A stretch of 61,901 bases of DNA, filler included, from Chiloscyllium plagiosum (lineage: Eukaryota): NCBI RefSeq assembly GCF_004010195.1. It is 3 parts of one record of this genome, joined end to end, with 100 filler letters (N's around TTAATTAATTAA, not from the genome) between each part and the next. Parts side by side here need not be neighbours in the genome. Positions count along the whole stretch, not along the records: positions 49,578 to 61,901 come from NC_057713.1; 2 more parts are not named here. The stretch is one strand, 5' to 3'. The notes under the pieces were generated by a model. It did not search any database and was not told where the DNA came from. It saw nothing but the letters and a program-made list of their open reading frames with translations. Each line of letters opens with the position of its first letter. Positions within the stretch are counted from its first letter, which is position 1. The translations under genes and the position numbers were made by a program. Positions 51,490-61,901 of this stretch are shown here, one piece after another.

Positions 51490-53871
51490 TGTGCTGTACT
51501 CCCCCACTAACACCCTGGAGACAGAACACCCCAAGGCCCTGTTTATTGTGGCTGGTGACTTCAATCAAGCCAATCTACGGAAGGTGTTGCCCAAGTACCA
51601 CCAGAACATTACCTACCCCAACAGGGGCCTGAACATTTTAGACCACTACTACACCACTGTGAGAGATGCCTACTGCTCCATCCCCTGCCCTCATTTCAGG
51701 AACTCCAACCACAATGCCGTGTTTTTTCTCCCGGCTTACAGGCAAAAGCTCAAGCAGGAGACCCCCTCGCGGATCCAGGTCCAGTGCTGGTCGGAGGAGG
51801 CAGACTATCAACTCCGGTGCTGTCTGGAATTGGCCAACTGGACCATGCTCAAACAGCCCGCAGGTACCTTGGACGAGTACACCACCTCTGTCACAGACTT
51901 TATCAGCAAGTGTGTGGAGGACTACATACCGAGGAAGTCAATCCGGGTGTTCCCCAACAGGAAACCCTGGATAAATCAGGACATACAGAAGCTGCCAAAG
52001 ACCAGGTGTGAGGTCTTCAGATCAGTAGACCCACTCAAATATAAAGAATCTAAATATGACCTTTGCAGAGCCATTAAGACAGCCAAGGACCAATACCGAT
52101 CCAAACTAGAGACCCAGACAGACACCCAGCGACTATGGCATGGACTGAATAACATCACAGGTTCTAAAAAAAGACAGTTCAAGATAGCAGATGATGACAG
52201 ATCCCTCCCAGATCATCTCAACGCTTTCTATGCTTGCTTTGAGTAGAATTTTGGTGGTGAGGTAATACCTATTTCGACAAGTTAAGACGAACCTATCCCA
52301 ACAGTCACTGCATCAGAGGTCTGATCAGTTTTCCTTCGTGTGAATCCAAGGAAAGCGATGGGACCAGACCGAGTACCAGGCTGTGCACAGATCAACTGGC
52401 AGAGGTCTCCTTGGACATTTTCAACCTCTCCCTGCAGCAGGCCACTGTCCCTGCCTGTTTCAAGAGGGCCAACATCATCCCTGTGCCTAAGAAGGCTCAT
52501 GCAACATGGGTCAATGACTGCCACCCATTGGCCCCAACTTTGGTGGTTATGAAGTGCTTTGAAAGGCTGGTCATGAAGGCTGGTCATGGCATTAATCAAC
52601 TCCAGCCTCCCCACTACTTTTGACCCACTCCAATTTGCCTGTCAGACCAACAGATCCATGTCAGATGCTATATCACTTGCCCTTCACTCCTCCCTAGAAC
52701 ATCTTGACACCAAAAACAGCTACATACGAATCCTACTCATTGATTACAGTTCAGCCTTCAACACTATTATCCCCTCGAGACCAATTACTAAACTTAGTGA
52801 TCTCAGACTAAGCCCCACTCTCTGCAACTGGATCCTCAGTTTCCTGATTCACAGGCCATAATCAGTAAAGAATGGGGACAATATTTCATCCTCACTAACA
52901 CTCAACACTGGAGCCTCCAGGGGTGTGTACTCAGCTCCCTACTGTACTCACTGTATACCCATGACTGCATCGCCAAATACAAGACTAATGCCATTTGCAA
53001 GTTCTCTGATTACACCACCATAGTCGGTCAAATCTTAGATGGCAACGAAACAGACTGCAGATGGGAGCAAAAAGACCTGAAAAAATGGTGCACTGAGAAC
53101 AACCTAGCTCTCAATGCCGGAAAAACCAAAGAACCCATTATTGACTTTCGGCGAGACGTTACTCCTGTCCCCCTACACATTAACAGCACAGAGGTGGAAC
53201 AAGTGGAGCATGTCAAGCTCCTGGGAGTGGTCATCAACAACAAGCTTTCTTGGACTCTTCATGTGGACGCACTGGTTACAAAGGCCCAACAATGTCTCTT
53301 CTTCCTCAGGCAGCTGAGAAAATTTGGCATGATGGCAAATACCCTTGCCAACGTTTATAGTGTGCCATCGAGAGCATTCTGTCTGGATGTATTACTACCT
53401 GGTATGGGTACTGTACCATTCAAGATCGGAGACGGTTACAGAGAGTGGTGAACTCAGTCTGGACAATCACAAAAACCAACCTCCCATCTATAAAATCCAT
53501 CTACCAGACTCACTGTCAAGGAAAGGCCGCCAGCATTCTCAAAGATCCATCCCACCCTGGCAATGATTTTCTACAACTTCTACCATCGGGGGGGAACGTA
53601 CAGAAGCCTAAACACACGCAGCCAGCCGGTTTCAAAACAGTTTCTACCCTACTGTTGTTAGAATACTGAATGGACTCACAAACTCTTAGCGTTCGCCTGT
53701 ACCTGTGTTTTTGTTTTGCTACTGTTTACCTATTATTTACTTATCTATGCTATTTAACGATGTGATCTGCCTGTATTGCTCGTAAGACAAAGCTTTTCAC
53801 TGTGCCTCGGTACACGTGACAATAAATTCAATTCAATTCAATTCAATTCAATTCAATTCAATTCAATTCAA
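51490..53871 (+). mobile_element. Rex1/Babar-clade LINE, 5'-truncated, with (TTCAA)n tail
   Basis: ALFIVAGDFNQANL...ILDHYY endonuclease, [46 protein letters not shown]. Ends ...gtgacaataaa(ttcaa)n at 53826-53871. Confidence 0.92.
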
Positions 53872-54539
53872 AACTCAGTAGCATCTGTGCATCGAAAGCA
53901 GAGTTAATGCCTCGGGTCCAGTGACCCTTCTCTACTTTCTCCCCACAGATGTTTCTGAGGTTTCCCAGCAGTTTCTTTGTTTATTTCTTATTTCCAGTAT
54001 CTATAGTTCTTTGGTTTGTTTTGTCTAATGAATCATGCCTGTCATGGTACAATCACCTTGCCTGCTCTTTGGAGTGATGCTGACTGCCTCAGGGTCCTCA
54101 TCCCACCTGATCCCCTCGATGATGCTGGCTTCCTGAGGTGGGTCATTCTCCTTCTGGTGAATTGTTGCTTGACTTGGCATCCTGCCCTTGCCCTGCTCTT
54201 CTCGCTTTGTAAGTTGTCAGTGAGTGTCTTTTTTGCTCGATGTTTTGGACAATCCTGAAGGGCATCTTCATGAATTGTAAATTATTTTCCAAGTGCCTAT
54301 ATAATTTAAAAAATCAAAGGATTTTTGCACTGCAGCAATCAACTACCAAGAAGCATTCCATTAGACCAAGTTTATGAGCAAGAAAATGTTCAGGTGTAGC
54401 GGGACTTCACAACTGTCAGAATCAGTCTGAGCTGTATTTCCCCATTGTAGCTTCGGAGTTCACATTCTCAAAATCTCGTCTCCTGACCGTGAGAAGCCTT
54501 GGCCAAGGTGTAATATACTGAAGAAAATTGGGAAAGAAG

Positions 54540-55175
54540 TACTAGTGCGGTGAGGAAGGCATATGGCGTACTGGTTTTTATTGGTAGAGGAATTGAGTTC
54601 CGGAGTCCTGAGGTCATGATGCAGTTGTATAAGACTCTGGTGCGGCCGCATCTGGAATATTATGTGCAGTTTTGGTCGCCATACTATAGGAAGGATGTGG
54701 AGGCACTGGAACGGGTGCAGAGGAGGTTTACCAGGATGTTGCCTGGTATGGAAGGAAGATCGTATGAGGAAAGACTGAGACACTTGGGGCTGTTTTCATT
54801 AGAGAAAAGAAGGTTTAGGGGTGACTTGATTGAGGTGTACAAGATGATTAGGGGGTTAGATAGGGTTGACAGTGTGAACCTTTTCCCGCGTATGGAGTCG
54901 GGTATTACAAGGGGGCATAGCTTTAAATTAAGGGGGGGTAGATATAGGACTGAAGTTAGGAGTAGGTTCTTCACTCAGCGAGTCGTAAGTTCATGGAATG
55001 CCCTGCCAGCAGCAGTGGTGGACTCTCCCTCTTTATGGGCATTTAAGCGGGCATTGGATAGGTATATGGAGGATAGTGGGTTAGTATAGGTTAGGTGGGC
55101 TTGGATCGGCGCAACATCGAGGACCAAAGGGCCTGTACTGCGCTGTATTCTTCTATGTTCTATGTTCTATGTACT
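54540..55175 (+). mobile_element. Young CR1 3' fragment with open RT C-terminus
   Basis: ORF 54550-55089 LYKTLVRPHLEY...FFTQRVVSSWNALP; (tatgttc)n tail. Confidence 0.93.
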
Positions 55176-55694
55176 ATGTTCTCCCTATGCTGCAAAGCCA
55201 TGCAACAACTGAGAAGCTTCAATGGGAACCAGGTGGAAATTATCCCGTTTAATTTGCCACTTTTGTGTGGCTCTTCAAAAACCTAAAGCTCCCATGCACT
55301 TGAATGAGTAGGCTGCACATAACAAAAATTAATTAAGGACAACATTGTTCACATGCCTACAAGTGAACCTGAGCAATTTTCTCAATCAAATACACTGTGG
55401 TGAAATATAAGAATGTGTGTTACATTAGCTTTGTCAAACTTAGCATTTTATTTAAGAGGACAAAATACATATGTCAGGTAAAATACTTGCCTTGCAATCA
55501 GAAGGCTTTTTTTTATTCAGTTCATATCCCAGAGTTTGATCACAAACGAGATTGATATTGGATCCTAGAGAAATGCTACCTTTTAAAAGAGATATTAAAG
55601 CAAGGTCCCATGATACAATTTGAAGAGTATTGAGGAAATTCTTCATGATATCCTGACAAGTATTTATCTCTTCATAAACACAAAAAAACAAATT

Positions 55695-55875
55695 ATCTAG
55701 TTATACAATTGATATTTGTGTGACCTTGCTGTATGCAAATAGTTGCCACATTTCCTATATGAAAACAGCAGCTATCTTTCAAAAGTAAAGGCACTGAAAT
55801 AAATTGATTGTGAAGGTGCTTTGGCACACTCTGTGATTCTGAAATGCAACACATGCACTTTCATTCTTCTTTCTT
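55695..55875 (+). mobile_element. Ancient DeuSINE-like 3' remnant; a second copy lies at ~44830-44945 (-)
   Basis: cttgctgtatgcaaat..gccacatttccta...cttcaaaagta...gctttgg resembles the AmnSINE/SacSINE 3' region as I recall it. Confidence 0.5.
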
Positions 55876-57879
55876 CTTAAAAAAAGGTAGTGTTACATTA
55901 AATGATACCCCTTATGTCTGTTTTGCTAATTTGAAAATAAACTAACGATGGTGTTTCCATTCCTTTGAGCAGTGCTTTTAATCCAGTAAATTGAAGTTTA
56001 GCAGCCATACAGATTTCATATTTTAAATCTATATATATATATCTTTAGACAATCTGACAAAGTCTACTAAGATAGGTATTCTGGTGCAACTCCATTTGTC
56101 TCTTGAAATTGTCATTTGGAGCAGCCTGAAGCTGATATGAAAGCATCTTAGCTGAGATGATTTACTGTCAGCTGTCACTAAAAATTCAACCTCAGGGATT
56201 GATCACTGTTAAACATGCTTGATTTTCTCTTTCTTCAAGTCTATTACTTTAAGCAAAATCATTCAGTTGACTTTTGTGTTTCTATTTTATTTATCCTATC
56301 ATGGTCAATTGTCATCTTATTAATCTTCACTGCACTACCTAACCTCAAAATAGCCCATCATAAATACACTTCCTCCTCTGTGCATTATAAACTATAAACA
56401 TTCAGAGCTGAATGCTTTCTTTTTATGTAAGTATTTTCAGATCTTTCAGATGAAGGTCTTTCTTTTGATCTGTATGTGTAGCTGTTTGGGAGCTGACACA
56501 ATTCAATAATTGCTACATAAAGAAAGCACAAGAATTGTTGCAGCGTCAATCTAATTGAGCCAGTCTGGATTTGGAAGTTGGACAATGTGGCTATTAATGG
56601 GAATGGGTCAGAGGCTGCTTAATGGAAAGGTTCAACTGAGCCGTATTTCTCTTTCTCCTTGCATTTGTTGCTTAAAGCAAAAGGAAGAAAGGGAAATGTA
56701 AAAGCAATATCACTGGTTACTAAGGCCTGGTCTGCAGTATTAAATTAAATTAGAAATTAGTATATGTTTTCAAATTAACTGCCTCAAATACTGCAGCAAC
56801 CTTTTGTTCAGTATCTTTTTCTCATCCCAGGAGAAAATCCAAGAAAAGCAGGGAAGAGGAAATGGTTGTTCTACTGTCAAGCTCCTACCATTATTCACAT
56901 ATTATTAAGTGGAAAATAGTAGCCAATCGTACTTGTTCATTCGGGAGTAGAAGGAAATTATATAGCAGACATTTCAGTGCTGGGATTTGATGATATGCTG
57001 CCTGGCCTAATTTTCCCACCTTCCACAGGAGAACTGAGAACCCGTGCAGAGAGACTGCAAAATTGAATTCCAGGCTGACACATGATCTGGACTGGACAAA
57101 TGTTGCCTGTAAGTTAAAGACAAAAAATTATAAAGGTCTTAGCTGCAACAGCCGCCATTCATTATGGCTTGATTACAAACTGAGAAAGGGCCTCATTCTA
57201 TTTAAGCTATAAAATAGGTATAGGTTGCAAAGAAAATTAGAAGAAAACACAATAATCAAAACTTAATAATAAAGACACTGCATGCTGTTACTGTATCAGC
57301 ATATCTTGCCAAATTATTTAAAATAGAGGGAAATGAGCACTTGAACGGTACACATTCAGGGATAATTAATATTATTTTCAGGCTGTATTCAGGAAATAAA
57401 GCTCGTGCATTTTGTTAAATTGTAAGAAATGAGAAGATTAATAGGCATATAAAGCTGAGTGACTGACAAAAGAAGAACCTCAGTTAGTGTTACAAACACT
57501 GCAACATATGATGACCATAATGGCAACATCTGGAATTAATCTACTTAAATTGAAAACACTGAAAACATCATGACACTGAAATTTATCATGTTCAACTCAT
57601 GGGATCCAGGACAGAATCCAAAAATAAATTTCCTCTATTAGCCACCTCTGAGATTCATATGGTCTGCATTAACCTCGATGACTGCACTCCACCAATATGT
57701 CAATGATGAGCACTCTCAATACTCTTGTTTAACTACTAGGTTAGGATGAATATAGAATTTATCAGAAAGCCATATTACTGAAGAACAATTCTGTTGTACA
57801 ATGTTTTTATTATCAGATTAAGTTATTCATTTCATCTCATGTTCATGGATAAAAAGAGGTAGTAGAATATCTGCTGAGG

Positions 57880-58620
57880 ACCATAGCAACACAAGAACAG
57901 GATCAAGCCTGCTAGGTGATTTGATACGATCATGATCTAATTGATCATGTTAATTCCTTTTATCCACAATAACCCCACAGCTCTTTGCACCATTAATAAT
58001 TTTAAAAAATTAACCCCTCTTTTACATATGCTAAAAGTCTAACTGTCCTCAACCCTCTAGGATAGAGAATCCCAAAGATCTACTTCTCCCTAAGTAAAAT
58101 AATTTTTTCTCATCTCAGTCCTAAATAAAATTCCTGTCATTGTTAATTTGTCTCCCAGTTCTAAGGTCCTCATCTTACCTGCATCTACCCTCTCCCTTTA
58201 AGTAGATTTCACCTCTCATTCTTCAAAATTCCAAAGACTGGAGGCCCAGTTTGCTTAAGCTCTCTATATAGTTTTGCTGTGCCACAAACAAGTACCGTGA
58301 GCCTTCATTGCACTCCTCTACAGTTATAGTATCTTGAGTAGGAGACCAAAGCTGCACATAATACTCTAGATGCCGTTTAACCAATGTCCTATACAACTGA
58401 AGCAAGATTTCACTGCTTCTGTACTCAAATCCTCTTATGATAAAGGCTACCATTCCATTAACCTTCTTAATAGCTTTTTGCACCTGCATATTAACCTTCA
58501 GTGGTTTATTGAACAGAACACCCGAGTCCCTTTGCACATTTCCACTTTCCAACTTCTCACCATTTAACAAATAATTTGCGCATCTGTTCTTCCTAGCAAA
58601 ACAAAAAAACTTCATATTTT
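57880..58620 (-). mobile_element. Old CR1 3' fragment
   Basis: QLYRTLVKRHLEYYVQLWSP (ORF 58223-58663). Confidence 0.85.
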
Positions 58621-59139
58621 CCTTCAGACAAACCATCTTAGCTGTTTCATTAATGGCCTCCACTCCAATATCCAGGTTTTAGCTGACAAACAGCAAGTAC
58701 CATTTGTGCCACACAAGTGCCGGGTAATGACCATCTCAAACACAAGGGAATCTAACCATCATCCCTTGACATTTAATGGCATTGCTATCACTGCGTCCCA
58801 TGTATCAACATCCTGGGAGTTACCATTGACCAGAAACTTAACTGGATAAGCCTGTTATAGACCAGACCGGAGCTCGTTGAAATATTTTAAGATGGTAGCC
58901 TAGTTCCTAACATTTTCTTATTTTTAAAAGAAAATATGAAGTGCCTGTTCCAGATACAATGTGACTGGCCAAACTGTTAAGCAAAACACAATTTATTTAA
59001 ACATTGTAGTTAAAATACAACCAACAAAAGAGGAATTTAGAATAACTTAACTCTATTCGATATCTAACAAAATAATAATAGGAAATGCAGGGTTACAGGG
59101 TAAGGGGAAGGGTTGGATCTGGGTCAGATGCTCTTCGGA

Positions 59140-60365
59140 AAGTCAGCTTTGCTTTACAGTAGAAAGTGGCGGGAGCTGGGTGGAAGTGAGGTTGGAGCAG
59201 GGAGGCTGTTGGGAAGGCAGGTGACTGCTGTTTAAGTAGGTGTGTTCTAAGTGCCAGGGTGCAGGACATCGCCGACTGGATTAAAACGATATTGGAATAG
59301 GAGGGGGAGGATCCAGTTGTTGTGGTCCATGTTGGGACTAACAACATTGGCAAAGCTAGGGTGGAGGGCCTGTGTGGGAAGTATCAAGAACTAGATAGGA
59401 AATTAAAGTGGAGGTCCTCAAGGGTCATAAACTCCAAATTACTGCCTGAGCCACTTACCAATTAGTATAGGGATAGGAAAGTTAGGGAAGTAAACACATG
59501 GCTAAGAGATTGATGCGGGAAAGAGGGATTCCATTTCATTGGTCATTGGCATCAGTTTTGGAACTGGGGGAATCTGTACCACTGGGACGGTCTCCACCTG
59601 AACCAATCTGGAACCAGGGTTCTAGTGAAAAGAATAAATAAGGTGGCCAATCGGACTTTAAACTTCTGAGTCGGGGGAAGGGAAAGCGAAAGCGGCAGGC
59701 AGTATGGAATAAAATGGAAAGCTGAGCAGCAGGTTAGCATTTGGGCAGGTGGGTTTAAACTCGAGGCAGACCAGGAATGCAGCAAAAAGGAAGGATACCT
59801 TAAGACATCTTATGCTTTCCAATATCTCTAACAATGACAAGAAAGTTAGCATTAAGGATGTAAAGTTGTTACAGTTAAATAAAGGTAATTACAGGGGCGT
59901 GGGAGAGGAACTGCTGAAGATCGACTGGAAGCAGAGCGTGGGGGGGAAGACAGTAGAGCAACAATGGCAGGAGTTTCTGGGTGTAATTGAGGACATAGTA
60001 CAGAGATTCATCACAAAGAAAAGAAAGATTATCCGGGGGTGGGGTTGGATAGAGCTAAGCAGCCATGGCTGATAAAGCAGGTCAGGAAATGTATCAAAGA
60101 AAAAGAGAGAGCCTATAAAGTGGCCAAGATCACTGGGAAATCAGAAGACTGGGAAGGCTACAAAAACAACCAGAGGGTAACAAAGAATGAAATAAGGAAG
60201 GAGAGGATAAAATATGAAGGTAAGCTAGCCAGTAATATTAGAAATGATAGTAGAAGTTTCTTTCAATACGTAAGAAACAAAACGAGAGGCAAAAGTAGAG
60301 ATTGGGCCGTTCCAAATTGATGCTGGAGGGCTAGTGATGGGAGATAAGGAAATAGCTGAAGAACT
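59140..60365 (+). mobile_element. CR1 fragment: SGNH-type ORF1 joined to the post-endonuclease linker by an internal deletion
   Basis: PVVVVHVGTNNIG and DGLHLN motifs, then KQPWL...SFFQYVR. Confidence 0.8.
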
Positions 60366-60648
60366 TAGATTCGCTACAGTGTGGAAACAGGCCCTTCGGC
60401 CCAACCAGTCTCCACCGACCCTCCAAAGAGTAACCCACCCAGACCCATTTCCCTCTGACTAATGCACCTAACACTATGGGCAATTTAGCATGACCAATTC
60501 ACCTGACCTGCACATCTTTGGACTGTGGGAGGAAATTAGAGCATCCAGAGGAAACCCACGCAGACACGGGGAGAATATGCAAGCTCAACACAGACAGTCA
60601 CCCGAGGCTGGAATCGAACCTGGGACGATGGTGCTGTGAAGCAGCAGT
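60365..60648 (-). mobile_element. HE1-type SINE
   Basis: Reverse-complement tail, V-core and B box. Confidence 0.9.
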
Positions 60649-61029
60649 TCTTCAGTCCAGGAGGAAAAAAATCGAGAGATTTCAGAGAGTGCAGCAGCCA
60701 GGAGACATTCACTGAAGCTTCCAACTCTGTTGAGACTCCAATAGCTTTACTTAAATTGAGGTTTAAAAATCCAGAAACACTGATCTGTGAGAGCTGGCCA
60801 CACCCATTCAGGCTGTTAAAAAAAAATTAAGGCCTCCCAAGCTGTTTACCCTATTGGTTAGATTGCTCTCCACCTTGGTCTTACAAATATTTCCTTAACA
60901 AACCAGGACACAATAACTTTTTAAAGTCACAGCATTGTCACATGGCCGTAAAAATATTGTGTCTACAAGAACAGCACAGTGACTATCACTGAGATCTTGC
61001 ACCAAGTATCTTGCCTCCTGACTTATCAA

Positions 61030-61495
61030 AGCATAAGTCAGCAGCATGATGGCACACTCTCCACTTGCCTGGAGGGGTGTTGTTCCAACAACACTCAAGA
61101 AGCTTGACGCCATCCAGGACAAAGTAGCTCTTGATTGGCATCACATCCACAAATATTGAATCCCTTCACCATTCATACTCAATAATAGCAATATGTACCA
61201 TTTACAGGATGTATATGCATTGCAGAAATTCATCAAGGCTCTTTGGACAGTACCTTCCAAACCCACAATTGTTACTATCCAGAAGAACATATGGAAACAC
61301 AGCCGCTTTCAAGATTCTGTCCAAGTAACTCAACATCCTGACTTGGAAACATATCGTCATCCCTCTGTCACAATCCTGGAACACCCTCCTAACATCACTA
61401 TGGTGTAGCCAAACCAAACAGACATCAGCAATTCAAGAAGGCGGATCACTACCATCCTCTCAAAGGCAAATAGTGATGGGCAAAAGTGGTGACAG
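61030..61495 (+). mobile_element. CR1/L2-group LINE 3' end
   Basis: Homologous to 1940-2400 (aagaagcttgacgccatccaggacaaa). Confidence 0.8.
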
Positions 61496-61499
61496 CCAA

Positions 61500-61901
61500 C
61501 AGTGGCGAACAGAACCACAACAACGAGCACCTGAGCTACAAATCTACGCACAAACTTTGAACACTTACGGGCGAGAGACGCTGAGACAAGCCAGGAAATG
61601 GGAATCCTGCGCTAACCGACTAAGCGCCACATACGAACAACTCCGGTTCCTACACGAATGCCAAAAGAATTGAATCCTTCCACAATGTGTCAGATACAGA
61701 CCGCCAATCAACAACCCACAAGCCAGGGAAACAGCCAAGCAGAACGGATTCAGGATGATCCAGGTAATGATCACAGACGCGCACAACCGACTTCACAGAT
61801 ACAGACATGAAATTGCGCGCCAAAAGTCGTTAATTTCAAAAACCACGAATCAGGAATGGACCCGGACCATAGAACAGGCTGTCACCATAGGACAGAACAG
61901 G
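61500..61901 (+). mobile_element. Penelope-like element 5' end (partial pLTR followed by ORF N-terminus), runs off the window
   Basis: pLTR end ggcgaacagaaccacaacaacgagcac..gagctacaaatct matches the reverse complement of 12947-12999. It is followed by YGRETLRQARKWE...QLRFLHECQKN*ILPQCVR, a Penelope-type FL..C....ILP N-terminus. Confidence 0.8.

Noticed and set aside
53826..53871. (TTCAA)n array as CRISPR-like or satellite repeat
   Set aside because: No spacers; it is the simple-repeat tail of the Rex1 element.
58853..59070. Possible LTR fragment starting tgttatagacc
   Set aside because: No second copy or internal domain in the window, so it cannot be supported.

Overview
Eukaryotic (vertebrate) genomic DNA, most likely from a cartilaginous fish. 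That assignment is inferred from the many HE1-type V-SINEs, the CR1 LINEs that share their 3' tail, and the Penelope and Rex1 elements. The one host gene is a complete copine (C2A-C2B-vWA, CPNE3/CPNE1 subfamily, closest to CPNE3) on the minus strand. It has 15 coding exons from ATG 39770 to TAA 5255, all introns GT-AG and in phase, 1596 nt, 531 aa. A CpG-enriched candidate promoter lies at ~48.3-48.5 kb. Most of the rest is transposon debris: CR1, L2-like, Rex1/Babar and Tx1/L1 LINEs, several SINE families, a decayed Gypsy element with both LTRs plus a solo LTR, a retroviral-like integrase remnant and Penelope elements. Two 100-nt assembly gaps carry an artificial TTAATTAATTAA spacer. The most notable unannotated signals are (i) several minimal type I hammerhead ribozyme motifs in Penelope terminal repeats, one sense-oriented in a copine intron inside a long inverted repeat, and (ii) two abutting, diverged inverted repeats in the copine 5' intron region that no recognised repeat explains. 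I found no evidence of a wholly new multi-gene system. Exon coordinates were read base by base; repeat boundaries are approximate (tens of nt).
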